Positions 50,935 through 63,736 of a stretch of DNA of 64,000 bases are shown piece by piece. The translations under genes were made by a program, and so were the position numbers. Location: assembly GCA_030390025.1 (NCBI GenBank), contig CM059432.1, positions 21,144,001 through 21,208,000 of the forward strand, written 5' to 3'. Origin of the DNA: Squalus acanthias (Eukaryota). The notes under the pieces were generated by a model, which ran no database searches, was not told where the DNA came from, and saw only the letters and a list, made by a program, of their open reading frames with translations. Each line of letters starts with the position of its first letter. The first letter of the stretch is position 1.

Positions 50935-53313
50935 ATTAGGTATGAGCTGTTTCTCAACCACTGAGGTGGCTAATTATTTGCTTATTGTTTACAGTTTTTG
51001 GAAAAACAACTTCAAGGCTCATTAGCTCATTAGCATTTTAAACACCTTTCATCTCAGTGCCTTTTTAAATTTGCTGAATACATTTAATACAACTCTTAAA
51101 TGTAAACTAAAAAAACAACCAAAAAAAAAAACTGCAGATGTTGGAAATCTGAAAGAAAAACAGGAAATGGTGTAAGCATTCAGCAGGTCAGGCAGCGTCT
51201 ATGGAGAGAACAGACCAGTTAGGTATTGGGTGCAGACCCTTCTTCAAAACAGATGTGAACAAGGGTCTACACTCATGTCAACTGGTCTGCGCTCTCCACA
51301 GATGCTGCCTGACATGATGAGTGCTTCCAGCACTAAATGTAACTTTTTTTTCAAATCTGCTAAAAAAGTCAAACAATCCTGAAATGTGACAGATGGAGCA
51401 GATTTGACACTTCCTACGAAAGAACTTAATGCCTCACAAGTAAAATACTTTTCAAAGATGTAAAACATGGCCATTGTAATTGCCCTTGCAATTTTGGTTC
51501 AGCATCAAAGACTTGCATCTTTGAAAATGTTAGGAAACATTATAGACTCTGACTAATCTTTATTAGATGTTCCCAATATTGCCCATAATTATTTTTTAAC
51601 CATTTTTCAATTTTCTACCTTCCTCTCCTGAAGGTGCTACAGGGAAGGGCTTCACCACCAAGCCTGATCCACATGTCCAATGTCCACACGAGCACTTTCC
51701 AGGAAAGGTTCCTGGATAGTGATCATGAGCAGTAACACTTGCTGAAGCTTTTTCCCCTCCCAGAGGCCAAAGGTACCATTCCTTTCTCTGCTGTGGCTGA
51801 GCTTAGATGTCTCAGCACAGATAGGGGATCTTTTTGGTCTCATACTGGGCACTGTGTTCACCAACTGACTCATTAGGACAGCCTGACTTTTCACTCTCCA
51901 ACATCCCATTCATATTACTGGATCATCAGGATAATTGCAAAGTCGTCATTCACTTGACAGAAAGAAAACCAACCAACACTTCAATAATTGACCTAATTAC
52001 AGGGGTATTGTATATTTTAATTGATACACTAAGCATGTTATCCCTGAAACATATCAAAAACATCACTGTGTTTATAGCATGTGAAGACAACAGTTGGCCT
52101 CCAATGTTTATTGTACAGGGCCTTTAGAGAATTGGCTGGTTGAAACAGCCACTGCTTCCTAAACTGGATTTTAAAGCACAAATTCTCTATTGGCTTCAGA
52201 AACAGATCAGTACTTAAAATGGGACATTGTATACTTTTTGAATAGCTTTTCAGTGCATTGTTTTCTCCATCCTCCACTGATTGCATATTCACAAATATTT
52301 CCTTCCCAACAGTCATGTTCTGTCAAATCGAAAGCTTTTGCTCATCTCAATATTGGGTATTGTGCAGTCATGTGAAATAACTACTGAATGTCTCCGTTTT
52401 ACTGTATGAATAAGCTGACTATAAATAGCGCTGTGATGCCAGATCAGACATGGCATTGCACTCTTTTCAAAACAAAAGGCTAAACAAGTTACATCCATCA
52501 ACGAAGGATTAGCCTTCTCCCTGGGGGGTATTGACCTTTTGGAGTGTTGAGCCCTTCAGCTGACAGACTAGCAGTGATGATCATGCATTACTTGCTGCTG
52601 GCTAAATGAGCCCCATGCCTTCATTTTCGAAAGTCTCTTTGCATACTAAACCAGTACGAGGCCACTCACTGCTGTTATGAATTTACTCAACATGCACAGT
52701 ATGGGGCGGTTATTGTCATTGCAGAGAATATTCAGCCTGTTGGACATTTCTAGAATCATTTTAATTCTGTTGGCTTAAGTTTTCTTTGTCTTTGTATTAT
52801 CTAAGATTTTCCTCAATAGAAAAATGTTTATTAGCTGCTGTGCTATTGACTTGTTCACAAGAAATCCAGACAACTAGATCCTTGTAAACAGAATTTAGTT
52901 ACATGAAATATATTAAAAGAATCCCTTGATTAACACTTTGATACCTAAACAGTGTACCAAATACTGATGTGCATCAACACACTGTGAAGTTAATAGTACT
53001 GTATCTTTTGTTACACGGGTACATTTTCCGTTATGTGCGCAGTTATTAGCCGGAACCTTTTGGTGCTAGCTTTGTGCTGCTCACTTAACACAGGGCCGGC
53101 CTCAATACATCTCCCAGAGACAGTCCTGATTAGATATTCAGTATAAGCTCCTGCCATGAAATGTGCTAATCACTGGATGTTCACACATTTGGGGAGGGAA
53201 AACCAGCATTGCTGCAGCCACTTAAAGGGTAGCAGCAGCCACATAAAGGGAAAGACATTTTTGACGAGCAAAATTTAAAAAAAAATTGTTGTGCTTTATT
53301 AATATTATGTTAA

Positions 53314-53545
53314 GTGAAAAGAAAAATACCCATGTTTATGGATGCAGCAGTTGAGGTGCTGCTGCAAGAATCTGAGGACAGGAGGGTCGCCCTATATGCA
53401 TTTCTAGTGCACCTCTCCAGAGAAAACTGGTCTAGCATGCCCAGCATGAGCTGGCTCAACACACTTAATATAGTCTCCACTGACCAGAAGTGGTGGCACA
53501 AAATTAGGAAGATGGTTTCGGACTAAAGAAATCAGCCAAGTAAGG
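53314..53545 (+). pseudogene. Decayed Harbinger Myb/SANT-like remnant
   Basis: KRKIPMFMDAAVEVLLQESEDRRVALY...W..KIRKMVSD resembles the Myb/SANT N-terminus; ends at a gtaagg donor. Confidence 0.5.
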
Positions 53546-55004
53546 CTACTGACCAGTACTTATAAATGAAGTATGGGCAAAGTAAGCTTGTCACAAATGG
53601 ACCAATCTTAATCGCTGGTGCCCAATGAGAACGGGGCACGTGTTGGATTGGAACTGCGGCAGCGTCATACTCACTGAACCGGCACTGACTTTGCGCTGCT
53701 CACCATTTTAACCGGCGGCTTTTCAAGGTAGTGTGACGAGCCCTCGCTCCAGCAGGCGAAGACGTAATTAAAATACAACGGTTGGGGCCTGATGATGTAA
53801 TTTGAACCCTAAAACCCCGACATAATTTGAACAGGTTTTCAGCAAGGTCGGCACCTGGTGCCCACCTCACTAGCAGCTATGGGCGCCAAGACTCGGAAGA
53901 ACCCAGGCGAAGGGAACATACGGCTGTCTGCAGCTGCAATCGTGGATGGAGGTAAGATTTTTAAAGGCACCTTTGAGCCATTTAGTGACTCTGGCAATAG
54001 CAAAAGGGGATCTTAAAATTCGGTGTTAAACATAGGATTTTATATCGATATAGAATTAAAAGACGTGTTTTTTTTCCTCTGTTAATATTAATGAAGATTT
54101 TTAAAAAGGTGACATCACTCATTTTAGATCTGACATTAAATTTAACGCTAGCCAAAAAGGTCTTGCTGCACATATCTAAATGTTTGGACCTCCCTCAAGG
54201 TATTAGACCTGGCTCTCATAGACAAACCAGCTCCTCAACTACAGTATGGAATGAATATATTCAGTTGTTATGATCCTCTATTCCACTGCAAAGGATGATA
54301 GTTTTTAGCATGAAAGCTATCCTTTAATTTCAATAGATGGTTCTGTCACTTGAGTTGTGATTGGAGCCCTTCCCTCTGTGCTGTGACTTTCATAACGTGA
54401 TGCTTAAGGTCCTGGTTACTGGTCACTGATTCTCTACAATATTATACACAAGATTAATATTTGTGTAAAGCCATATTTATCATTTTAACCACTTTTCTGT
54501 GGAAACTTCAACATCTTAAGCCTCTTACCTGTAACCGTTGTCCTGACTGTTAATGTAGTGGGATAAATCCATTTACCTAATAAAGGCCGCAAAAAAATGA
54601 TGGTTGTTCACAGCTGTGATTTGAGCCAATACCAGGGTTACCAGAGAGTCATGATACTCATCACAAGAGTGTCCACTGGACTGTGGCCGGAAGTTGAGCC
54701 AGTGCCCATGCAAAAGTATTTATTCAACACTTGCTTGGTCCAAATATCAGGGATAACATTCATAAAACCCCTTCTACTACTTTTATCAGTGAAAGCAATT
54801 TATTTTCTACAATGGGATCCATATTTGCAATAATTGGAAGTGAATAGTCCTATTTCAGGAATTGCCATTTATTCCTTCCTCACCCAATCCATAGTGCCTT
54901 TCTTACAAGAAGGTTGTTTAACAAAAACAGCTTAGTCCTGCAAAAGCGTATTAACGCTTTTATCCTTGTACCAGCCTTGCAATACCTGTTCCAATTATCA
55001 TACA

Positions 55005-57183
55005 CTGGTTCCCCTCTCTCTCCTCCCCTGAATGTGCTGACTCTGGCTGGGTTCAGTTCTACACTCACTGGTTCTCCTCCCTCTCCTCTCCTGAAGGTGC
55101 CGACTCTGGCTGGGTTCAGTTCTACACTCACTGATTCACCTCCCTCTCCTCCCCTGAAGGTGCTGACTCTGGCTAGGTTCAGCTCTACACTCACTGGTTA
55201 CATAGAAACATAGAAGATAGGAGCAGGAGTAGGCAATTCGGCCCCTCGAGCCTGCTCCGCCATTCGATGAGATCATGGCTGATCATCCAAACTCAGTACC
55301 CTGTCCCTGCCTTCTCCCTATATCCCTTGATACCTTTAGCCTTAAGAAATATATCTAACTCCTTCTTGAATATATTTACTGACTTGGCCTCAACTGCCTT
55401 CTGTGGTAGAGAATTCCACAGGTTCACCACTCTCTGGGTGAAGAAATTCCTCCTCATCTCTGTCCTAAATGGCTTACCCCTTATCTTTAGACTGTGACCT
55501 CTTGTTCTGGACTCACCCGCCATCGGGAACATCCTTCCTGCATCCAGTCTGTCTAGCCCTGTTAGAATTTTATAAGTTTCAATGAGATCTCCTCTCATTC
55601 TTCTAAACTCCAGCGAGTATAAGCCCAATCGACCCAATCTCTCCTCGTATGTCATTCCTGCCATCCCAGGTATCAGTCTGGTGAATCTTCGCTGCACACC
55701 CTCCATGGCAAGAACATCCTTCCTCAGATAAGGCGACCAAAACTGCACACAATACTCAAGGTGTGGTCTCACCAAGGCCCTGTACAGCTGCAGCAAGACA
55801 TCCTTGTTCCTGTACTCAAACCCTCTTGCTACGAAGGCCAACATACCATTTGCCTTCTTAACCGCCTGCTGTACCTGCATGCTTACCTTCAGCAACTGGT
55901 GCACAAGGACACCCAGGTCTCGTTGCACTTCCCCTTCTCCCAATCTATTGCCGTTCAGATAATAATCTGCCTTTCTGTTTTTTCCACCAAAGTGGATAAC
56001 CTCGCATTTATCCACATTATACTGCATCTGCCATGCTTCTGCCCAATCACCCAACCTGTCCAAATCATACTGGAGTTTCTCGGCATCCTCCTCGCAGCAC
56101 ACATGCCCACCCAGCTTTGTGTCATCTGCAAACTTGGAGATATTACATCTAGTTCCCTCGTCTAGATCATGAATATATATTGTGAATAGCTGGGGTCCTA
56201 GGACCGATCCCTACGGAACCCCACTAGTCACTGCCTGCCACTCGGAAAAAGACCCGTTTATTCCAACTCTTTGCTTCCTGTCTGCCAACCAGTTCTCTAT
56301 CCAAGTCAGTACCTTGCCCCCAATCCCATGTGCCTTAACTTTACATGCTAATCTCTTATGCGGGACCTTATCGAAAGCCTTCTGAAAGTCCAAATACACC
56401 ACATCCACTGGTTCTCCCTTATCTATTCTATTAGTTACATCCTCAAAAAATTCCAGTAGATTAGTCAAGCACGATTTACCTTTTGTAAATCCATGTTGAC
56501 TTTGTCCAATCCTGTCACTGTTTTCCAAGTGCTCTGCTATTACATCTTTTATAATGGACTCTAGCATTTTCCCCACAATCAATGTCAGGCTTACCGGTCT
56601 GTAATTCCCCGTTTTTTCTTTACCACCTTTTTTGAACAGTGGGGTAACATTAGCTACCCTCCAATCCATGGGAACTGTTCCAGAGCCTATAGAATTTTGG
56701 AAGATGACCAGCAATGCATCTACTATTTCTAGGGCCACTTCCTTAAGTACCCTAGGATGTAGATTATCAGGCCCTGGGGATTTATCGGCCTTTAATGCCA
56801 TCAATTTCCCTAACACCATTTCCCTACAAATACTGATTTCATTCAGTTCCTCCCTCTCATTAGACCCTATGTTCCCCGACATCTCTGGGAGGTTATTTGT
56901 GTTCTCCTTTGTGAAGACAGAGCCAAAGTATGTATTTAATTGGTCTGCCTCCTCTCTCTCCTCTCCTGAAGGTGCTGACTCTGGCTGGGTTCAGTTCTAC
57001 ACTCACTGATTGCCCTCCCTCTCCTCCCCTGAAGATGCTGACTCTGGCTGGGTTCAGTTCGACACCCACTGATTCCCCTCCCTCTCCTCTCCTGAAGGTG
57101 CTGACTCTGGCTGGGTTCAGTTCGACACCCACTGATTCCCCTCCCTCTCCTCTCCTGAAGGTGCTGACTCTGGCTGGGTTCAC
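55005..57183. repeat. 63-bp minisatellite (about 3 units left, about 3.7 right) split by a CR1 insertion
   Basis: Unit tcctcccctgaaggtgctgactctggctgggttcagttctacactcactggttctcctccctc; 21-aa periodicity in ORFs 54880-55194 and 56893-57183. Confidence 0.9.
55200..56949 (-). mobile_element. Young 5'-truncated CR1 (RT domain with nonsense codon in the PQG motif)
   Basis: ORFs 56211-56882 and 55293-56102; tail catagaaacatagaa at 55201. Confidence 0.93.
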
Positions 57184-57214
57184 TTATACACGTACAAAAT
57201 CTAAAGTAAAAGCA

Positions 57215-57254
57215 GAAACTTAACGTTTCAGATCGCTATCCTTTCATCAGAACT
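57215..57254 (-). ncRNA. Minimal hammerhead-ribozyme-like core (Penelope type)
   Basis: Minus strand AGTT-CTGATGA-AAGGATAGCGATCT-GAAAC-GTT-AAGT. Confidence 0.4.
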
Positions 57255-57848
57255 CCTTCTACGCTCCACATTGAACAAAGATTGGTCTCAGGAATCAGTT
57301 CTGAGTACAAGGGGGCCAATTCTGTGGGCTGTAAACCGTAACCCCGGCACTTACCAGCGCCTTCAGGAGAGATGGTGAAAAAGCCCCTGTGTGCCGAGTG
57401 AGAATAAAATCAATGAGTCAATGATATTCTCTCCTGGTCACTGGGACCCTGAAGCCCCGCCCACTCTTTGTTCCTTTACAAAGATGGCCGCGCATGCGCT
57501 CTACTGCTCGATGAATCAAGATGGCGACGCACAAACTGAAAGGAATCGACAGCAGAGGTGGCAGCACAGGATAAAGAGCGTGGGGCCCGAGGACAGCGGA
57601 CTGAAAGGAATCGGCAGCACAGGATAAAGAGCGCGGGGCTGTCGAATTCCAAAAGAACAACAAAAGCCAGGAGTGATGTCACAGGACTGCAGGTAGGTGA
57701 TTGGTGGGTGAGAATTAGTGTTTTATTCTCTCTAACGTAACTAGATAAACTAATTAATATATCTATATATAATCGTGTGAATAAAGACTTTAACTAAGAG
57801 AGCGAGAGAAGCAGCCGGAGATAAAGGTAAGCCCGACTTTTAAGACTT

Positions 57849-59731
57849 GGGGAAAATTTCGGTTGGTTAGCGCCTCCCGTTAGCGCCTCCAGGGGCACTA
57901 ACGGGGCGCTAGGAAGCTAGCGCCCAAGCACAGTGATTTTAGCGCCGCTCACAAAATTGACCAGTCATTTTGCGGCGGTGCTAAACACTACCGCCATGAT
58001 CTCCTGTGCCCGCAAATTGTGACACCAGTTGAGCATACAACGCTCCGGTAGTGCCTCAGATATTGAGCTGCGCCCCCTGCCTTAGCGCCTGCCGCTAGGA
58101 ACGCCAGGTAGAGGGGAACGTTTTCAAGTAGGGAAGGGGCTGGGGGAGTGCTATTTAAAAGCGGGCACTTCCTGCCTTTTCTTGTCGGTAAAATTTTTGG
58201 TACACACAGGTTGAGAGGGAGAGAGACGTCTGGAGAGTGGCAGGCAGTGACTAGTGGGGTTCCGTAGGGATCGGTCCTAGGACCCCAGCTATTCACAATA
58301 TATATTCATGATCTAGACGAGGGAACTAGATGTAATATCTCCAAGTTTGCAGATGACACAAAGCTGGGTGGGCGTGTGTGCTGTGAGCAGGATGCCGAGA
58401 AACTCCAGTATGATTTGGATAGGTTGGGTGATTGGGCAGATGCATGGCAAATGCAGTATAATGTGGATAAATGCGAGGTTATCCACTTTGGTGGCAAAAA
58501 CAGGAAGGCAGATTATTATCTGAACGGCAATAGATTGGGAGAAGGGGAAGTGCAACGAGACCTGGGTGTCCTTGTGCACCAGTCGCTGAAGGTAAGCATG
58601 CAGGTGCAGCAGGCGGTTAAGAAGGCAAATGGTATGTTGGCCTTCGTAGTGAGAGGGTTCAAATACAGGAACAAGGATGTCTTGCTGCAGTTGTACAGAG
58701 CCTTGGTGAGATCACATCTTCAGTATTGTGTGCAGTTTTGGTCGCCTTATCTGAGGAAGGATGTTCTTGCCATGGAGGGAGTGCAGCGAAGATTCACCAG
58801 ACTGATACCTGGGATGGCAGGAATGACGTATGAGGAGAGATTGGGTCAATTGGGCTTATACTCACTGGAGTTCAGAAGAATGAGAGGGGATCTCATTGAA
58901 ACTTATAAAATTCTAACAGGACTAGACAGACTGGATGCAGGAAGGATGTTCCCAATGGCCGGGGAGTCCAGAACCAGGGGTCACAGTCTAAGGATAAGGG
59001 GTAAGCCATTTAGGACAGAGATGAGGAAGAATTTCTTCACCGAAAGAGTAGTGAACCTGTGGAATTCTCTACCACAGAAGGCAGTTGAGGCCAACTCATT
59101 AAATATATTCAAGAAGGAGTTAGATATATTTCTTAAGGCTAAAGGGATCAAGGGATATGGGGAGAAGGCAGGGACAGGGTACTGAATTTGGATGATCAGC
59201 CATGATCTCATTGAATGGCGGAGCAGGCTCGAGGGGCCGAATGGCCTACTCCTGCTCCTATCTTCTATTAATCTATGAGTCTATGAGATTTAACGCTGTC
59301 CTAAGGAGTTTCGGCCCTCAGCACCACTTTTGAGGTTCCTAAGCCCCGAGCTCTTTCCCTGGGCCTATCCATTAGTGCTTCCAACACAATTGCTTTCGAG
59401 GTCTCTCCAGGCCGAGATTCAAGGCTGCAATGAGCAGGGTGTGGCTGGCCAGCAAGATGGCCCCTCTCCTTTAAGAACTGGATGGCGCCAGTCTGTCTGG
59501 CTTCCATGGTAACTGACATCGCCTGAGCTTCAGTAGCGTTCTGAGGTAGCGCCTCGCTCCCTGACGTTAGCGCCTTAAGAGAGGTGTGTAGCACCTGATT
59601 TAGTGCCCAAATCACCTCCAGGGGTGATAGAGGAGAATTTTGCAGTTGGAGGCGATAATTATCGCCGGGCGCTAAACTTTGTGCCCGGCCGCTATTAGCG
59701 CCCTAAAATGGGTGATACCCAATTTTTCCCC
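57849..59731. mobile_element. Harbinger-type MITE inserted in the CR1 5'UTR
   Basis: TIR ggggaaaatt / aatttttcccc; 3-bp TSD CTT; many subterminal TAGCGCC motifs. Confidence 0.85.
58235..59286 (+). mobile_element. Young 5'-truncated CR1 inside the MITE
   Basis: ORF 58376-59185; highly similar in inverted orientation to 55200-56243. Confidence 0.93.
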
Positions 59732-62700
59732 CTTAGTCTTAAGTTTATTTCCGTAAGTTAGTTAATAGTCTATTAAATAGAGGCATGGCAGGCCAGCTCA
59801 GTTCCACGGAATGCACATCCTGTGCAATGTGAGAAATCCAGGAGGCTTCCCATGTCCTGGACAACCATGTGTGCAGGAGGTGTCGTCGGCTGAAGGAGCT
59901 CGAACTCCGGGTTTCGGAGCTTGAGCGGCAGCTGGCGTCACTGCGGTGCATCCTTGAGGCTGAGAGCTACGTGGATAGCACGTTTCAGGAGGTGGTCACC
60001 CCGCAGATAAAGAGTGTGCAGGCAGAGAGGGAATGGGTGACTGCCAGACAGAAGAGGAGGACCAGGCAGGTAGTGCAGGAGTCCCCTGAGTGCTGCTCGC
60101 TCTCCAACCAGTATTTAGTTCTGAGTACTGGTGAGGGTGATGGTTCCTCTGGGGAGTACAGGCAGAGCCAAGTCCATGGCACCACGGGTGGCTCAGCTGT
60201 ACAGTGGAGGGAGGAAGAAGAGTGGGGGAGCAATAGTGGTAGGGGATTCGATAGGGGAACAGACAGGCGTTTCTGCGGCTGCAGATGTGAATCCAGGATG
60301 GTACGTTGCCTTCCTGGTGCCAGGGTTAAGGATGTCACTGAGCGGCAGCAGAACATTCTGAGGGGGGAGGGTGAACTGCCAGAGGTCATGGTCTATATTG
60401 GTACCAACGACATAGGTAGAAAGAAGGATGAGGTCCTGCAGGCAGATTTTAGGGAGCTAGGAAATAGATTAAAAAGCAGGACCTCAAAGGTAGTAATCTC
60501 TGGATTACTCCCGGTGCCACGCGCGAGTGAGTATAGAAATAGGAGAATAGAGCAGATGAATGCTTGGCTGGAGAGATGGTGCAGGAGGGAGGGCTTCAGA
60601 TTCCTGGGGCATTGGAGCTGATTCTGGGGGAGGTGGGACCTGTACAGGCCGGACGGGTTGCACCTCAACAGGGCTGGAACCAATATCCTCACGGGGAGGT
60701 TTGCTAGTGCTGTTGGGGAGAGTTTAAACTTAATTGGCAGGGGGATGGGCACCAGGATGTAACATTAGAAAGGGGAAATAAAGTGCTCAAAGGATTGGGA
60801 GAGGCAGAGAGCACTAAAGTAAGAAATGGTGAGGTATTAGGTGGGGTCAAACTAAGAGAGAATACAGGATGCTCTAAGATGGTTTTACAGTGTATGTATG
60901 TGAACGCACGAAGCGTAGTAAACAAGGTAAGTGAGCTGCAGGCACAAATAGCCACATGGGAATATGATGTTGTGACAATAACTGAGACCTAGCTCAAAAA
61001 AGGGCAGGATTGGGTGTTAGATATTCCTGGTTATAGGTGTTCAGGAAAGATAGGGAAGGAAAGACAGGAGGTGGTGTGGCAGTATTGGTTGAGGAGAATG
61101 TTACAGTGCTGGAGAGAGAGGATGTCTTGGAGCAGTCAAGGACAGAATCTATATGGCTAGAGTTAAGAAATAACAGAGGTGCCATTACACTACTAGGTGT
61201 ATTCTATAGACCACCAAATAGTGGGAAAGATATGGAGGAGCAAATTTGCAGAGAAATTACATAGAGATGCAAGAACTGTAGAGTAGTAATAATGGGGGAC
61301 TTCAACTATCCTAATATAGACTGGAATCTTAATAGTGTAAAGGGAAGAGAAGGGGAAGAATTTCTGAAGTGTGTTCAGGAGAACTTTCTTGATCAGTATA
61401 TTTCCAGCCCGACGAGGGAGGAGGCATTGCTGGATCTGGTTCTGGGGAATGAGGTCGGTCAAGTGGAGCAAGTGTCAGTAGGTGAACATTTAGGGAACAG
61501 TGATCATAGTATCATAAGGTTTAGATTAGCTATGGAAAAGGATAGGGAGCAATCTAGAGTAAAAATGAAGGCCAATTTCAGTGGGATGAGAACGGATCTG
61601 GCCCGGGTAAACTGGAATCAAAGAGTGGCAGGCAAAACTGTAACGGAACAATGGGCTGCCTTTAAAGAGGAAATAGTTCAGGTACGGTTGAGGTACATTC
61701 CCACTAGGGGAAAAGGCAGGGAAACTAAAGTCAGGGCTCCCTGGATGACGAAAGAGATAGAGAATATGATGAAGCAGAAAAAGAGCATGTATGACAGATG
61801 TCAGGTTGCAAATACATCTGAGAATCAGGCTATGTATAGAAAGGTCAGAGGAGAAGTGAAAAAGAAAATAAGAGGGGCAAAGAGAGGGTATGAGAATTGA
61901 ATGGCAGCCAACAAAAAAGGTAATCCAAAAGTCTTCTGTAGGCATATAAATAGTAAAAGGGTAGTAAGATGAGGGGTGGAGCCGATTAGGGACCAAAAAG
62001 GAAACCTATGCATGGAGGCAGAGGGCATGGCTGAGTTACTAAACGAGTAGTTTGCATCTGTCTTCACCAAGGAAGAGGATCCTGCCATAGACATAGTGAA
62101 GGAGGAGGTACTGGAGATACTTGATAGGATAAAAAATTGATAAAGAAGAGGTAGTAGAAAGGCTGGCTGTACTTAAAGTAGATAAATCACCAGTAGCAGA
62201 TGGGATGCCGTCTAGGATGCTGAGGGAATTGAGGGCGGAAATCGCGGAGGTACTGGCCATAATATTCCAATCCCCTCCTTAGATACGGGGGTGGTGCCAG
62301 AGGACTGGAGAATTGCAAATATTACACCATTGGACAAAAGAAAGGGTGTAAAGATAAACCCAGCAACTACAGGCCAGACAATTTAACTTCGGTAGTGGGG
62401 AAGCTTTTAGAAACAGTAATCAGGGACAAAATTAACAGTGTCTTGGATAGGTGTGGATTAATTAAGGAAAGCCAGCACAGATTTGTTAAAGGCAAATCGT
62501 GTTTAACCAAATTGACCGAGTTTTTTGATGAGGTAACAGAGAGGGTTGATGAGGATAATATGGTTGACGTGGTGTACATGGATTTCTAAAGGGCGCTCGA
62601 CAAAGTGCCACATAATAGGTTTGCCAGTAAAGTTGAAGCCCATGGAATAAAAGGAACAGTGGCAGCCTGGATACGAAATTGGCTAAGTGACAGGAAACAG

Positions 62701-63574
62701 AGAGTAGTGGTGAACGGTTGTTTATTGGATTGGAGGAAGGTATACAGTGGTGTTCCCCAGGGGTCAGTTCTAGGACCACTGCTTTTCTTGATATATATTA
62801 ATGACTTGGATGTGGGTGTACAGGGCACAATTTCAAAATTTGCAGATGTCACAAAACTTGGAAGTATAGTGAACAGTGAGGAGGATAGTGATAGACTTCA
62901 AGAGGACATAGACAGGCTGGTGGAATGGGCGGACACGTGGCAGATGAAATTTAACACAGAAAAGTGTGAAGTGATACATGTTGGTAGACAGAATGGGGAG
63001 AGGACATATAAACTAAATGGTACAATCCTAAAGGGGGTGCACGATAAGAGAGACCTGGGGGTATGTGTGCACAAATTGTTGAAGGTGGCAGGGCAGGTTG
63101 AGAAAGCAGTTAAGGAGGCTTACAGGATCCTGGGCTTCATAAATAGAGGTATAGAGTACAAAAGCAAGGAAATTATGATGAACCTGTATAAAATACTGGT
63201 TTGGCCCCAGCTGCAGCACTGTGTCCAATTCTGGGCACCACACTTTAGGAAGGATGTGAAGGCAGAAAAGATTTGAGAATGATTCCAGGAATGAGGGACT
63301 TCAGTTACGCTGATAGACTGGAGAAGCTGGGGTTGTTCTCCTTGGAGCAGAGAAGATTGAGAGGAGATTTGATAGAGGTATTCAAAATCATGAGGGGTCT
63401 GGACAGAGTAGATAGAGAGAAGCTGTTCTCATTGGCAGAAGGGTCGAGAACCAGAGGACACAAATTTAAGTTGATTGGCAAAAGAACGAAAGGCGACGTA
63501 AGAAAAACTTTTTTACGCAGCGAGTGGTTAAGATCTGGAATGCACTTCCTGAAAGGGTGGTGGAGGCAGACTCA

Positions 63575-63736
63575 ATCTTATCTTTCATCGAGTCTACTGC
63601 ACAGAAACAGGCAATTTGGCCCAACGGGTCCGTGCCGGAGTTTATGTTCCACACGAGCCTCCTCCCACCCCTCTTCATTTCACCCCATCAGCATAACCTT
63701 CTATTCCTTTCTCCCTCATGTGCTTAGCTAGCTTTC
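63575..63736 (-). mobile_element. CR1 3' tail in opposite orientation abutting the broken end of the + strand CR1
   Basis: Same text as the 39890-40030 tail (cacagaaacaggc, cagcataacc, tattcctttctccctcat). Confidence 0.8.

Larger units (their letters stand above)
57530..63570 (+). mobile_element. Near-full-length decayed CR1 LINE (5'UTR, ORF1 from 59785, ORF2 from about 60890) with nested insertions
   Basis: ORF1 CRRCRRLKELELRV, IGTND, DGLHLN; ORF2 EN and RT fragments to 63560; 5'UTR resembles the reverse complement of 44100-44340. Confidence 0.9.
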
